From positions 62,756 to 126,755 of the forward strand of contig CAKSHH010000005.1 in the NCBI GenBank assembly GCA_934456435.1: a DNA stretch of 64,000 nucleotides, in the 5' to 3' direction. Origin of the DNA: an uncultured Eubacteriales bacterium. GTDB lineage: Bacteria; Bacillota; Clostridia; Oscillospirales; Acutalibacteraceae. The number at the start of each line of letters is the position of its first letter. The first letter of the stretch is position 1. Under the pieces are notes generated by a model. The model worked only from the letters and a program-made list of their open reading frames with translations. It had not been told where the DNA came from and did no database searches. Positions 23,975 to 34,727 of this stretch are shown here, in pieces. Made by a program: the position numbers and the translations under genes.

Positions 23975-26140
23975 TTATTCTCCGAAAGTAAGATTTATTG
24001 TTTTATCAATTGAGACGGTGACGCCGCCCAAAGGTTCCTGTACTATTACATAGCCTGTTTTGTCGTTTCCCGAAACAACATTAACGTGCTTGAAGCCTGC
24101 ACGGCGAAGCGCATCAATAGCTTCGGTGTAGGTGTCGCCCGTTACGTCCGGTACAGGCGCTTCTGTCGGAACGGTTGTATCGGGCTCGCTGATATATTCG
24201 TATGTCGAAATGTTTGTTTCGGCAACAGGTGAAGCTGTGAAGTTGATGTTGCTCTTGTAAATAAGCTTGCCGTCAACGAAAACCTTGAATACGGAAGTTG
24301 CTTCATGTCCCGTAACCTTAACCTTAATCAGAGAACCGTCAAGTCTTGTGTACTGGTTGTAAATTGTCGCATCGTCAAGTGTAACTGTAACATTTCCGCT
24401 TGCGTCAACACTCGGAAGTCTGATTTCAATTTCCTTGGATTGCTCAACAAGCTTGCCCTTGCTGACGGTAATTACAACATTTGAACCCTGCGGAATTTTT
24501 GAGCCGCGGAATGTGTTGGAAATGACATATCCGCTCTTTATTGTGTCGTTGTATTCGTAGTTTGCCGTTACCGTAAAGCCAGACGAGGTAAGAACTTTCT
24601 TGGCGCTTGCTTCGTCAAGGTTGGATACATCGGGAACGCTTATAAGCTTTTCCTTGGTCTCGTCATAAGAAACATACTCTATCGTAACGGTTGAGCCGCT
24701 TGATACCTTGTTGCCGCCCTTAGGATTTATGCTGACAATGGTTCCCGCCGGAATACCGACGTAATCCTTTTGCTCGACTTCCTTTTCCTTGACCTTAAAG
24801 CCGAGGTCGTTCAGCTTTGTAACCGCCGCAACGTAATCCGTTCCGACAAGGTTATCAGGAATTTCGACAAGCTCTGTGCTTGTTGCAACTGTCAGTTGGA
24901 TTTTTACCTTTTTCGGGTCAAATTTTGTGCCCTTTTCTGGACTCTGCTTGAGAATCTCGTTCGGTGTTGCAGACGGGTCTACCTGCTCAGTTACCTCAAA
25001 CACATATTTGGGGTACTGAGTTTTAAATTCCTCTTCATCATAAATCTGACCGACAAAGTTCGGCATTTTTTCCTTTGCGTTGCCTGTCAGATATCCGAAG
25101 TGGAAGAGCAATCCGAACGAAACGCCGAGAACAACAACCAGCGCCGCGATAATTCCGATAAGAATCGGAATGGTTCTGTTCTTAACGACAGGTGCGTCGT
25201 CATCGTCGCTGTCATTTGCGCCGACGGGTTCAATCGGTTTGATAGTTCCCGTAATATTCGGAAGATATTTTGTCGGCTCTGTATTTTTGTAGTCGTAATC
25301 AAATGTAATAGACGGATTTCGTCTGAACTCCTCAAGATCAAGGAGCATTTCCGCAGCCGACTGATACCTGTCATTTACGTTTTTCTGCATCGCCTTGAGA
25401 ACGATCTGCTCAAGACCGACAGGAATTGACGGATTGATATCGCGTGGCTTGACGGGATCCTGCTGAAGCTGCATTATCGCAACCGAAACCGTGTTATCCG
25501 ATTCAAACGGAAGCTTGCCCGTGAGCATTTCGTATAGCATTACGCCAACGGAATAAATATCCGCCTTATCGTCCGTGACATCACCGCGCGCCTGTTCGGG
25601 GCTGATGTAATGAACAGAACCGATCGTCGAATCGGTCATCGTCCTTGTTTCACTGCGAGAAAATCTTGCGATTCCGAAATCGGTGACCTTGATCGCACCG
25701 TTTTCAAGAAGCATTATGTTCTGCGGTTTGATGTCGCGGTGAACTATTCCCTTGTCATGGGCGTGCTGAAGCGCGCGCAGAATCTGTGTGACAAAGAAAA
25801 CAGCTTCCTTGTAATTGATAACACCCTGCTGCTGGATATATTCCTTGAGGGTGATGCCGTCAACGCACTCCATTACAATATACTGAATCTTGTCGCCGTA
25901 GCTGACGTCATAAACCTTGACAATATTTGGATGTGAAAGAACCGCAATAGCCTTGCTCTCGTTCTTAAAGCGGCGTCTGAACTCCTCGTTGGCAAGAAAT
26001 TCCTCTTTGAGAATTTTTACCGCGACGGTTCTGTCGTCGATGTTGTCATAAGCCTTATAAACAACAGCCATACCGCCGACGCCGATTATTTCCTGAATTT
26101 CATATCTTGAATCGAGTCTTTTTCCAACATAATTTTCCAT
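23975..26140 (-). CDS. prkC: Ser/Thr protein kinase with extracellular PASTA repeats
   Basis: Kinase blocks GVGGMAVVYKA, HRDIKPQNIML, VTDFGIARF. One TM, then three PASTA-like repeats and a C-terminal beta domain. Refined start is ATG 26140 (GAAGGGAA SD). Confidence 0.93.
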   Translation of the reverse strand: MENYVGKRLDSRYEIQEIIGVGGMAVVYKAYDNIDDRTVAVKILKEEFLANEEFRRRFKNESKAIAVLSHPNIVKVYDVSYGDKIQYIVMECVDGITLKEYIQQQGVINYKEAVFFVTQILRALQHAHDKGIVHRDIKPQNIMLLENGAIKVTDFGIARFSRSETRTMTDSTIGSVHYISPEQARGDVTDDKADIYSVGVMLYEMLTGKLPFESDNTVSVAIMQLQQDPVKPRDINPSIPVGLEQIVLKAMQKNVNDRYQSAAEMLLDLEEFRRNPSITFDYDYKNTEPTKYLPNITGTIKPIEPVGANDSDDDDAPVVKNRTIPILIGIIAALVVVLGVSFGLLFHFGYLTGNAKEKMPNFVGQIYDEEEFKTQYPKYVFEVTEQVDPSATPNEILKQSPEKGTKFDPKKVKIQLTVATSTELVEIPDNLVGTDYVAAVTKLNDLGFKVKEKEVEQKDYVGIPAGTIVSINPKGGNKVSSGSTVTIEYVSYDETKEKLISVPDVSNLDEASAKKVLTSSGFTVTANYEYNDTIKSGYVISNTFRGSKIPQGSNVVITVSKGKLVEQSKEIEIRLPSVDASGNVTVTLDDATIYNQYTRLDGSLIKVKVTGHEATSVFKVFVDGKLIYKSNINFTASPVAETNISTYEYISEPDTTVPTEAPVPDVTGDTYTEAIDALRRAGFKHVNVVSGNDKTGYVIVQEPLGGVTVSIDKTINLTFGE

Positions 26141-26159
26141 AAACAGATTCCCTTCTGAA

Positions 26160-26888
26160 TTACTCACATACGGTGACAACGGTTATGTTGTCGCCGCCGC
26201 CGTTTTCATTAGCAAGATCAACAAGCTTATCGGCAATATTGTATCTATCCTCGTTTTTACAAACTTCAAAAATATCTTCATCATCAACATAGTTAGTAAG
26301 TCCGTCTGTGCAGAGAAGAACTATGTCTCCGTCGTTAAGCTGTTCCTGAGAGTAATCGATTCTGACCTCAGGGTCAACTCCGAGAGCCCTTGTAATAACA
26401 TTCTTCTTCGGGTGATCCTTTGCCTCTTCGGGAGAAATCTCACCCTTGTCTATCATAAGCTGAACGACCGAATGATCTGTCGTTATCTGAACAATTCCGG
26501 AATCGGAAACAACGTAAATTCGGGAATCACCGACATTGGCAAGATAAAGCGTATCGGAGTTTCTGACCGCGATTACAACGGTTGTACCCATGCCCTGGAG
26601 CTCTTCGTTTCCGCGTGCCATGGTATAAAGAGTAATGTTTGCGGCTTCGACCGCCGAAACAAGCAGATGCTTTATTGAGTTGTCATTCATACCGATGTGA
26701 TATCCGGATTTAAGCTTATCCGAAATCACTCTTACTGCGGCTTCGCTGGCAACATTTCCGCCGTTTGCACCGCCCATGCCGTCACAGACAACTGCCCATG
26801 AGACCTCTGAGGTGAGATCACTTGCGGCATAGGAGTCCTGGTTGCTTGAGCGAACCTTTCCGACGTCTGTTTTTGCCGAAATCTTCAT
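26160..26888 (-). CDS. stp: PP2C-family Ser/Thr phosphatase
   Basis: VRSSNQDS, VCDGMGG and LCTDGLTN motifs. Refined start ATG 26888 forms an ATGA overlap with the rlmN stop. Confidence 0.9.
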   Translation of the reverse strand: MKISAKTDVGKVRSSNQDSYAASDLTSEVSWAVVCDGMGGANGGNVASEAAVRVISDKLKSGYHIGMNDNSIKHLLVSAVEAANITLYTMARGNEELQGMGTTVVIAVRNSDTLYLANVGDSRIYVVSDSGIVQITTDHSVVQLMIDKGEISPEEAKDHPKKNVITRALGVDPEVRIDYSQEQLNDGDIVLLCTDGLTNYVDDEDIFEVCKNEDRYNIADKLVDLANENGGGDNITVVTVCE

Positions 26889-27943
26889 TTGTTTCCCTCC
26901 TTTTCGGAATTTTCTCTGCTGTGTCTGCTCCTTAATTGACCGCACGAAGCGTCAATGTCGGAGCCGAGACTGCGTCTGACCGTAGCATTGATTCCACGGG
27001 AATTTAATATTTGAATAAACCTTTCCAGCCTTTGCGCCGTACTTCGTTTATGCTTGCTTTCCACAATTTCATTTGCAGGGATAAGATTAACATGACAGAG
27101 CATTCCTTTGAGCAGTTCCGCAAGCTCATAAGCGCACTCGTCGCTGTCGTTGACGTCCTTGATCATAGCATATTCAAAGGAAATGCGCCTTGATGTACGC
27201 TTTGTGTACTCGCTGCAGGCTTCGATAAGCTCTTCAATCGGGTACTTGCGGTTGATCGGCATAACCTCCGAACGCATCCTGTTATTTGGTGCGTGCAGGG
27301 AAACCGAAAGAGTGAGCTGAAGATGTCTGTCCATAAGCTCATATATTTTCGGAACAACTCCGCAGGTTGAAAGCGATATATTGCGAAGCGAAAGATTGAG
27401 TCCGTCGCTGTCTCCGACAAGCTCAAGAAAACGCATTGCGTTATCAAAATTGTCGAGCGGTTCGCCCATTCCCATCATTACGACATGGGAAACGCGAATA
27501 TTCATATCTCTTTGCGCCGCATGAATCTGTCCGATCATTTCGGACGGATAAAGGCTTCTCACACAGCCGCTTTTGGTTGAAGCGCAAAAGACACAGCCCA
27601 TTTTACAGCCGACCTGCGATGAAATGCAAAGCGTGTAACCGTATTTATATTTCATCAAAACCGATTCAATAAAATTTCCGTCGCTGAGCCTGAACAGATA
27701 CTTGACCGTTCCGTCAATCTTCGAAACCTGTTTCAGCTCGATCTCGCAGTATCTTATCGGATACTTTTCACTCAGAACTTTTCTCAAATCTTTTGAAATA
27801 TTCGTCATTTCCGAATAGTCCATTGCGCCGCGCAGCTGGAGCCATTGAAATATTTGCTTTGCTCTGAATTTCGGAAGTCCGAGCTCATTGACAACTTTCT
27901 CCACTTCGGGAAGCGTCATTGACTTAATGTCGTATGACTGCAA
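26885..27943 (-). CDS. rlmN: 23S rRNA/tRNA (adenine-C2)-methyltransferase, radical SAM
   Basis: GCKMGCVFCAS cluster motif, MGMGEPLDN, and the C-terminal catalytic Cys region DIDASCGQL. Confidence 0.93.
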   Translation of the reverse strand: MQSYDIKSMTLPEVEKVVNELGLPKFRAKQIFQWLQLRGAMDYSEMTNISKDLRKVLSEKYPIRYCEIELKQVSKIDGTVKYLFRLSDGNFIESVLMKYKYGYTLCISSQVGCKMGCVFCASTKSGCVRSLYPSEMIGQIHAAQRDMNIRVSHVVMMGMGEPLDNFDNAMRFLELVGDSDGLNLSLRNISLSTCGVVPKIYELMDRHLQLTLSVSLHAPNNRMRSEVMPINRKYPIEELIEACSEYTKRTSRRISFEYAMIKDVNDSDECAYELAELLKGMLCHVNLIPANEIVESKHKRSTAQRLERFIQILNSRGINATVRRSLGSDIDASCGQLRSRHSRENSEKEGNK

Positions 27944-27955
27944 AGAAACACATCC

Positions 27956-29257
27956 TTACCTGATACGTTTGATTTTTGAAATAAAGAATCCATCACAGCC
28001 GTGTATGTGCGGCATCAACGTAACATAATCCGTTTCACCGTTGTAACGCTTGAGCTCCGGCAAAACCTTGACACTTTCAAAATCATTGTGTTCACTCAGG
28101 AATTTTTCAATAATTTTTTCGTTTTCATCGGGATTCAACGAACAGGTTGAATAAACCAATTCACCGCCGATTTTCAAATAATTGCTTGAAACACACAGTA
28201 TAGCATACTGCAAATCACCGAGTTTGTCAACTTCGTCGGATTTCTTGTACCTGATTTCAGGCTTTTTTCGTATTACTCCGAGCCCTGAGCACGGCACATC
28301 GCAGAGGATTTTATCGACTTTGGGAATCGAAGCATTATATGCCGAACCGTCGTTGAGCATGGTTTCTATGTTTGTCAGTCCGAGCCGATCCGCACCGTCT
28401 TTAATCAGCTTCAATCGGTGCTCATAGATGTCACAGGAAAGCACTTTTCCGCTGTTTTTCATCATTTCGGCAAGTGTAAAACTCTTTCCTCCGGGTGCGG
28501 CGCATAGATCAATAACCGTGTCGACCGGTCGGACACAGAGCGCTTTGCAGCAAAGCTGTGAAGCCGTATCCTGAACGTGAAAAAGACCTTTTTTATAGCA
28601 GTTTGTTTTATGTACCGCCCCTCCGCTTTTCAAAACAAGAGAATCGGCGGCTTTCGGATTTTCTTCGGCTTCAAAGCCCTCCGAACTTAACAATTCGATA
28701 AGGTCATTTGAATCTGTCTTTTCGGTATTGACGCGGAGCACTGTTTCAACAGCGCCGAAAGATGCTTCGAGGATTTTCTCGGCATTTTCCGTGCCGTAGC
28801 TTTTCTCCCACATTTCACAAAGCCATTCGGGAGCTGAAAATTTAACACTCATACTTCCGTCTGTTTTCAGTCCGTTTGCGGCAATCTTTCGCAAAACTGC
28901 ATTTACAAGACCGCCGGCAAATGCCGCACCGTTCTTTTTAACAAGGGTTACGCTTTCGTTGACAGCCGCGGAATCGGGAATCTTATCCATAAAAAGTATC
29001 TGATATGCGCCGATTCTCAGCGCCGTCAGCGCCTGTGGTTTAAGCTTTTTTAATGGCTGAGACAGGTAAAGCCCGATGTTGTAATCAAGCGTAATACGGC
29101 GTTCAATCACACCGTAAACAAGAGCGGAGGCAAGTTTCTTTTCTTTTGTGTCGATATTTGATTTATCGAGCACAGCGTCAAGCGCAAGATTTGAATATGA
29201 GCCGTCACGCTGTATTTTGTTGAGTATTTCAAAAGCTGTTTGTCGGGCTGATTTCAT
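27956..29257 (-). CDS. rsmB: 16S rRNA (cytosine967-C5)-methyltransferase
   Basis: NusB-like N-domain, SAM site DLCAAPGGKS, catalytic DVPCSGLGV and YSTCS. Refined start is ATG 29257 (MKSARQTAFEIL). Confidence 0.9.
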   Translation of the reverse strand: MKSARQTAFEILNKIQRDGSYSNLALDAVLDKSNIDTKEKKLASALVYGVIERRITLDYNIGLYLSQPLKKLKPQALTALRIGAYQILFMDKIPDSAAVNESVTLVKKNGAAFAGGLVNAVLRKIAANGLKTDGSMSVKFSAPEWLCEMWEKSYGTENAEKILEASFGAVETVLRVNTEKTDSNDLIELLSSEGFEAEENPKAADSLVLKSGGAVHKTNCYKKGLFHVQDTASQLCCKALCVRPVDTVIDLCAAPGGKSFTLAEMMKNSGKVLSCDIYEHRLKLIKDGADRLGLTNIETMLNDGSAYNASIPKVDKILCDVPCSGLGVIRKKPEIRYKKSDEVDKLGDLQYAILCVSSNYLKIGGELVYSTCSLNPDENEKIIEKFLSEHNDFESVKVLPELKRYNGETDYVTLMPHIHGCDGFFISKIKRIR

Positions 29258-29267
29258 ATTTTTATCC

Positions 29268-29990
29268 TTAGTTTCTTCTTGAATTTCCGAGTAATCTGGA
29301 GGCGTAATAAATGAGGTTAATAAGCGCGGTGGCAAGTGCGGCAACATAAGTGAGCGCCGCCGCTGTCAAAACTCTTCTTGCTCCGTTATATTCGTCACCA
29401 GCAAGCATTCCCGTGTCCTCGATAACACGCAGGGCACGTTTGCTGGCATTAAACTCCACAGGCAGGGTAACAAACTGGAACAATGAAACAAGTCCGTAAA
29501 GCAAAAGTCCGGCAATAATAATATAGTAACCGAACGGTGCGTTTGAAAGGTATGCAAGAAAATATCCCGCAAAAGCAATTATAAGACCGAAACGCGAACC
29601 GAAATTGGTAACAGGTACAAGAGCGGATCTTATTTTGTTCGGCAGATAATCTTCTGCATGCTGAGCCGCATGACCTGCTTCGTGACAGGCAATTCCGACA
29701 GCGGCAACCGATGAGGAATTATATACCTTTTCGGAAAGTCTGATAACCTTTTCATTGGGAGAATAGTGGTCGGTCAGCTCTCCCCTGCACGGCTCGATTC
29801 GGACGTCTGTAATGCCGTAGTGCTTCAAAATAAGCTGTGCAGCCGCGGCACCCGTAAGTCCTCTTGAATTTCTGATTTTAGAATACTTGGAATATGTTGT
29901 TTTAACTCGAATCTGCGCCCAAAGTGCAAAAATAAGCACGGGAGCGGCAAAAATCAAATAGCGTATATATTCCGAAAACGAATAAATCAT
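29268..29990 (-). CDS. Membrane zinc metallopeptidase (YugP-like, Zn_peptidase_2)
   Basis: 240 aa, N-terminal TM, HExxH in GIACHEAGHAAQH, two C-terminal TM helices. Confidence 0.8.
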   Translation of the reverse strand: MIYSFSEYIRYLIFAAPVLIFALWAQIRVKTTYSKYSKIRNSRGLTGAAAAQLILKHYGITDVRIEPCRGELTDHYSPNEKVIRLSEKVYNSSSVAAVGIACHEAGHAAQHAEDYLPNKIRSALVPVTNFGSRFGLIIAFAGYFLAYLSNAPFGYYIIIAGLLLYGLVSLFQFVTLPVEFNASKRALRVIEDTGMLAGDEYNGARRVLTAAALTYVAALATALINLIYYASRLLGNSRRN

Positions 29991-29999
29991 AACATCACC

Positions 30000-30926
30000 T
30001 TAGTCAAAAAATTCCCCGATCTCGATTCTATGACCCCTCAAAAAATCGGCGCAATTCATTGCTTTCTTTCCCTCGGCTTGGATAACAAGAATTTTTACCG
30101 CATTGCCGTCTCCGCAGCAAACGGTAAGTCCGTCATCGTTGCCGACAATTTCACCGGGCTTACCATTAGCTTTTCCTGCCGAAACAGTCTTATGAACCTT
30201 GTATATTTTACCGCCGAGAGAGGCTGTCGCAACAGGCCACGGTGAAAGTCCTCTGACCTGATTATGGATTTCGAAAGCAGACTTTGTCCAGTTGATCGGG
30301 CAAAGCTCTTTTGAAAGCATCGGCGCATAATTTGAAAGTGAATCGTCCTGTTTTTCTCTTGTGAGAGTTCCGTTTTCAATTTTTGAAATCGTCTGCGACA
30401 TAACCTCAGCGCCGAGAACGGAAAGACGGTCGTGCAGCTCGCCAGCCGTCATATTTTCACCGATTTCGGTTTCCGCTTTGATAAGCATATCGCCTGTGTC
30501 AAGTCCTGCGTCCATTTGCATTGATGTAACACCGCTCACCTTTTCTCCGTTGAGGACGCACCATTGAATCGGCGCGGCTCCCCTGTATCTCGGAAGCAAG
30601 GAAGCGTGAATGTTCACACAGCCGTATTTCGGGCGGTCGAGAATGTCCTGCGGAATGATTTTGCCGTAAGCAACAACAATAATCAGTTCGGGATCAAGCT
30701 TATCAATGATTTCATAAGCTGTTCCGTCGCGCATTTTTGTCGGCTGAAAAACAGGAATGTTGTTTTCGACAGCCTTTTCCTTGACGGGCGGAAACTGCAT
30801 TTTATGCCCTCTGCCCTTCGGCTTGTCGGGCTGAGTAAACACTCCGACAACGTCATGACCGTCTTTTATAAGTCTGTCAAGGCACGGAACGGCAAATTCC
30901 GGCGTACCCATAAAAACTATTCTCAT
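30000..30926 (-). CDS. fmt: Methionyl-tRNA formyltransferase
   Basis: MRIVFMGTPEFAVPCL ... NIHASLLPRYRGAAPIQW. Confidence 0.95.
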   Translation of the reverse strand: MRIVFMGTPEFAVPCLDRLIKDGHDVVGVFTQPDKPKGRGHKMQFPPVKEKAVENNIPVFQPTKMRDGTAYEIIDKLDPELIIVVAYGKIIPQDILDRPKYGCVNIHASLLPRYRGAAPIQWCVLNGEKVSGVTSMQMDAGLDTGDMLIKAETEIGENMTAGELHDRLSVLGAEVMSQTISKIENGTLTREKQDDSLSNYAPMLSKELCPINWTKSAFEIHNQVRGLSPWPVATASLGGKIYKVHKTVSAGKANGKPGEIVGNDDGLTVCCGDGNAVKILVIQAEGKKAMNCADFLRGHRIEIGEFFD

Positions 30927-30940
30927 ACTAACCGCCTTTC

Positions 30941-31399
30941 TCAGTCACTCTCAAGCTCTCCGACAAGGTGGCTGGTGTAAAGTATTCCGTCAAGGTGGTC
31001 TATCTCGTGGCAGAAGCACCTTGCTTTGAGGTCGGAACCTTTATACAGGCACCATTTACCCTCACGGTTCTGAGCCTTAACCATAACGGTTTTCGGACGC
31101 TCAGTTATTCCAAACTTTCCGGGGAGTGAAAGACAGCCCTCCTGCTCGTGCTGCAATTCTGGTGATCTGTCCGTAATTTCGGGATTGATAAGCTCAAGGT
31201 AACCGTCGCCGCAGTCCATTACAACAACTCTTCTGAGTATACCGACCTGCACGGCGGCGAGGCCTGCGCCCTTTTCCTTGTAAAGTGTATCTTTCATATC
31301 GTCAAGCAAGGTGTAAAGCCTGCTGTCAAATTTTTCAACAGGACGGCTTTTCTTGGTGAGGATCGGATCTCCGAATTTAACAATATTTCTTATTGCCAT
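30941..31399 (-). CDS. def: Peptide deformylase
   Basis: GAGLAAVQVG, EGCLSLPG and HEIDHLDG motifs. Confidence 0.95.
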   Translation of the reverse strand: MAIRNIVKFGDPILTKKSRPVEKFDSRLYTLLDDMKDTLYKEKGAGLAAVQVGILRRVVVMDCGDGYLELINPEITDRSPELQHEQEGCLSLPGKFGITERPKTVMVKAQNREGKWCLYKGSDLKARCFCHEIDHLDGILYTSHLVGELESD

Positions 31400-31411
31400 A
31401 GTTTTACCTTC

Positions 31412-33850
31412 TTAAATTATATTTTCCGGGTTAATATCTATATAAACGGATACGTCGTTATATGAGCCTGCTTCTTTCAAAAGTTCGCTCATCATCTGCC
31501 TGAAATGCTTTGAATTTCTGCATTTCAGAATAAGTCTGTATCTGAATTTATTGCTTATTTTAGACACGCGAGCCGTCATCGGTCCGAGTGCAATGATTTT
31601 AAGGTCTTTATATTCGCCGTCAAGCTTGAGCTTCAATGCATCGGCAAACTTCTGTGAAGCTGTTTTTACTTTAGTTTCGCTGATTCCGACAAAGCCGATA
31701 AGACAAATATCGCAGTACGGCGGATAAATGAGCATTTTCCTTGTTTTGATTTCGTCATTGAAGAATGCTTCGTAATCCTGCTTTGCGGCAATTCTAATGA
31801 CGTCATTTTCGGGATTACAAGTCTGTATAACAGCCGTGCCATCATACTTTCCTCTTCCGGCTCTTCCGACAACCTGGGTCAGCAGGTCAAAGGTGCGTTC
31901 CTGACTGCGGAAATCATCGTTATTAAGCTGCTGGTCGGCATTGATGACTCCGACTAACGTAACATTTTCAAAGTCAAGACCCTTGGCGACCATCTGTGTA
32001 CCGAGGAGTATATCATATTTTCCGTCGGCAAAGTCCTTAAGCTTATTTTCATGGGAATAGCGACCCATTGTGCTGTCCGCGTCCATTCTCAGTATTTTTG
32101 CCTGCGGAAGCACAGTCGAAAGCTCGTCTTCAATTTTCTGAGTTCCCGTGCCGGAGTATCTGACATCATGCGAACCACATTCGGGACAGGTGTCCGTGAA
32201 AGGAACGGAAAAGCCACAGTAATGGCACATCAGCCTGCCGTTTGCATGGTGATATGTCATTGAAATACTGCACGACGGGCAGGTCATAACGTGTCCGCAC
32301 GCTTTACATTCGGCGAAGGTATTGTAGCCGCGCCGATTGATAAGCAGAATTGACTGCCTGCCGTTATCAAGGTTAAATTGAAGTCTTTGTTTAAGCTCTT
32401 CGCTGAGGTTGGATGATTCGCTGAGCGCATCCGTGAGCATATCAACGATCCTGACCTGAGGAAGAGTTGATGAAGAATATCTTTGCGTAAGCCTATTGAG
32501 TGTATATTGACCGTTGAGCGCCTTTGCGTAGGTCTCTATACTCGGTGTTGCGCTGGAAAAGACAAGCAAAGCCTTGTGAAAAGCACAGCGGAAACGCGCA
32601 ACATCTTTCGCGCTGTATCTCGGCGTCTGCTCCGATTTGTATGTATGCTCCTGCTCCTCGTCAACGATTATCAGCCCGATATTTTCAAGCGGCGCAAAAA
32701 TTGCGCTTCTTGTGCCGACAACGATTCTGACCTCTCCCCTTTTTACGCGTTTCCACTCGTCAAGCCGCTGACCTGCCGAAAGTGCACTGTGAAAAACGGC
32801 GACATCCTTTCCGTATCTACGCATAAAAAGACTTAATGTCTGAGGTGTAAGAGCAATTTCGGGAACCATAACAATGATGTTTTTTTCTTTTTCAAGCATC
32901 TTGTCAATAAGACTCAGATACACCATAGTTTTGCCCGAACCTGTAACGCCGAAAAGAAGAGATGCACTTCCCTCTCTCTTTTCGTACTGTTCGAGTAAAT
33001 TCTCGTATGCTTTCTGCTGTTCATCGTTAAGGACGATTTTTTCCTTGATTATCTCATTCGGCTTGTCGGCGTATGGGTCGCGGTAAATCTCGTTGTCAAA
33101 GATTTCAACAAGTCCCTTTCTTTCGAGAGCCTGAACGACCGACGGAGTAAATCCCGTGAAATAACATATCTCCTTGACCGAAGCTGAATCAAGCTCCGTC
33201 AGCAAATTAAGTATTTCAATTTGTTTTTTAGTAAGCTTCTGAGATGTTTCAAGCAGATCCTTTCCGCTTTCGGTCAGTCTGACGGTTTTAACCGTGAGAT
33301 CACCCATTCGTCTGACAGAATCATAGTTTCTGAAAAGCAGACCTTTTTTTGACATATCTTCAAGCAAAGAAAGCTTCGGTTCAAATCCGAGCGTTGAAAG
33401 CAGTTTTTCACCTTCGACATATCCTTTCTTTTGCAGAAGGAAGTTATAAATCTGCGCTTCAGCCGCATCGCAGCCGGAAATATCCGCCTGAGGAACGGCA
33501 GTATAGGTTGTTATTGTTCGGTGACACATTCCCGACGGCAAAACAGCTCTGACCGCATCAAAATATGTGCAGAAAGTTCTGTCTTTCAGCCATTCGCAGA
33601 GCTTCAGCATTTCATCATTGAGAACAGGCGTATCGTCTATAAGCTGAGAAATACTCTTCAGTCGGGCTTCACTTTTCTCATTGCCGACAGAAAGAACTAT
33701 GCCCTGACGACACTTGTTTCCCCTGCCGAACGGTACAAGAACACGACAGCCCGGCATACACGGTTCGCCACCGAGGAGGTAACTGAAAGGCTTGTCAAAA
33801 GAAAACGTTGAGTTTTCAACGGCAACAGCCGCAACACGCTTGACAGACAT
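31412..33850 (-). CDS. priA: Primosomal protein N' (replication restart helicase PriA)
   Basis: 812 aa. GVTGSGKT, IIVDEEQEH and the Cys-rich Zn-binding insert CKACGHVMTCPSCSISMTYH...CHYCG...CPECGS. Confidence 0.95.
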   Translation of the reverse strand: MSVKRVAAVAVENSTFSFDKPFSYLLGGEPCMPGCRVLVPFGRGNKCRQGIVLSVGNEKSEARLKSISQLIDDTPVLNDEMLKLCEWLKDRTFCTYFDAVRAVLPSGMCHRTITTYTAVPQADISGCDAAEAQIYNFLLQKKGYVEGEKLLSTLGFEPKLSLLEDMSKKGLLFRNYDSVRRMGDLTVKTVRLTESGKDLLETSQKLTKKQIEILNLLTELDSASVKEICYFTGFTPSVVQALERKGLVEIFDNEIYRDPYADKPNEIIKEKIVLNDEQQKAYENLLEQYEKREGSASLLFGVTGSGKTMVYLSLIDKMLEKEKNIIVMVPEIALTPQTLSLFMRRYGKDVAVFHSALSAGQRLDEWKRVKRGEVRIVVGTRSAIFAPLENIGLIIVDEEQEHTYKSEQTPRYSAKDVARFRCAFHKALLVFSSATPSIETYAKALNGQYTLNRLTQRYSSSTLPQVRIVDMLTDALSESSNLSEELKQRLQFNLDNGRQSILLINRRGYNTFAECKACGHVMTCPSCSISMTYHHANGRLMCHYCGFSVPFTDTCPECGSHDVRYSGTGTQKIEDELSTVLPQAKILRMDADSTMGRYSHENKLKDFADGKYDILLGTQMVAKGLDFENVTLVGVINADQQLNNDDFRSQERTFDLLTQVVGRAGRGKYDGTAVIQTCNPENDVIRIAAKQDYEAFFNDEIKTRKMLIYPPYCDICLIGFVGISETKVKTASQKFADALKLKLDGEYKDLKIIALGPMTARVSKISNKFRYRLILKCRNSKHFRQMMSELLKEAGSYNDVSVYIDINPENII

Positions 33851-33886
33851 TTTTTACCTCCGTTAAATTATTTGTGCGGTTTTTTC

Positions 33887-34120
33887 TTAAAGATCCTTTA
33901 TCTCGTCCGGCTCAACGATTTCGTATTTGTTGTTGAGAATTTCGTCAAGAGCAATGCTTACCGGCTTTTCAACAAGAATGATTCCGTCCTCTTCGGCTTC
34001 CTCAGAGATTTCTCTTGCGCGCTTCGCTGTTGCTCTGACAAGAGAATAACGGCTGATGTGATTTGAAAGCACCGAGCTTAAATCAGGATTGAATTTGAAT
34101 TTTTTGTTCTGATCAAACAT
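33887..34120 (-). CDS. rpoZ: DNA-directed RNA polymerase subunit omega
   Basis: 77 aa. SRYSLVRATAKRAREI core. It sits between gmk and priA as in B. subtilis (yloH). Refined start is ATG 34120 (GAGGT SD); the track start is a GTG inside the SD. Confidence 0.85.
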   Translation of the reverse strand: MFDQNKKFKFNPDLSSVLSNHISRYSLVRATAKRAREISEEAEEDGIILVEKPVSIALDEILNNKYEIVEPDEIKDL

Positions 34121-34727
34121 TTTTACATACCTCACTTAAAAAAATATTACATCTGCTTACTTTATGTTTTTCGGCAGTTATAATTGTCTTTATATCATCA
34201 ACGGCATCCTTAAGATCGTCGTTGATAACAACATAATCATACTCGTTCCTGCATCTTTCAATCTCCTTAACGGCGATTTTGAGACGCCTGAGAACATCCT
34301 CTTCTTCTTCGCTGCCGCGGTTACGAAGTCTCTTTTCAAGTATTTCCATACTCGGCGGCATAATGAATATACTGACAGCGTCGGGGTAAAGCTTTCTGAT
34401 ATTTCCCGCGCCCTCAACGTCAATTTTTAAAATTACTATATGTCCGTCATCAAGCCATTTATCAACAGGACCCTTCGGCGTGCCGTAGTAGTTGATACCG
34501 TACCGAGCATATTCAAGCAATTCGCCGTTTTCAACCGCGTCAAGAAAATCCTCTTCGCTGACAAACATATAATCTATTCCGTCGGTTTCGCCGTCTCGCG
34601 GCTTTCTGGTTGTCATTGAAACCGATTTTGTGATATCAAAATCTGATTTGAAAAGTTCGGAAATAACCGTATCCTTTCCCGAACCTGCGGGACCTGAAAG
34701 AACAACCAACATTCCGTTATTCTTCAT
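34113..34727 (-). CDS. gmk: Guanylate kinase
   Basis: [12 protein letters not shown]-loop, [14 protein letters not shown]. Start ATG 34727 (GGAGGA 8 nt upstream) overlaps the remA stop by 11 nt. Confidence 0.93.
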   Translation of the reverse strand: MKNNGMLVVLSGPAGSGKDTVISELFKSDFDITKSVSMTTRKPRDGETDGIDYMFVSEEDFLDAVENGELLEYARYGINYYGTPKGPVDKWLDDGHIVILKIDVEGAGNIRKLYPDAVSIFIMPPSMEILEKRLRNRGSEEEEDVLRRLKIAVKEIERCRNEYDYVVINDDLKDAVDDIKTIITAEKHKVSRCNIFLSEVCKNV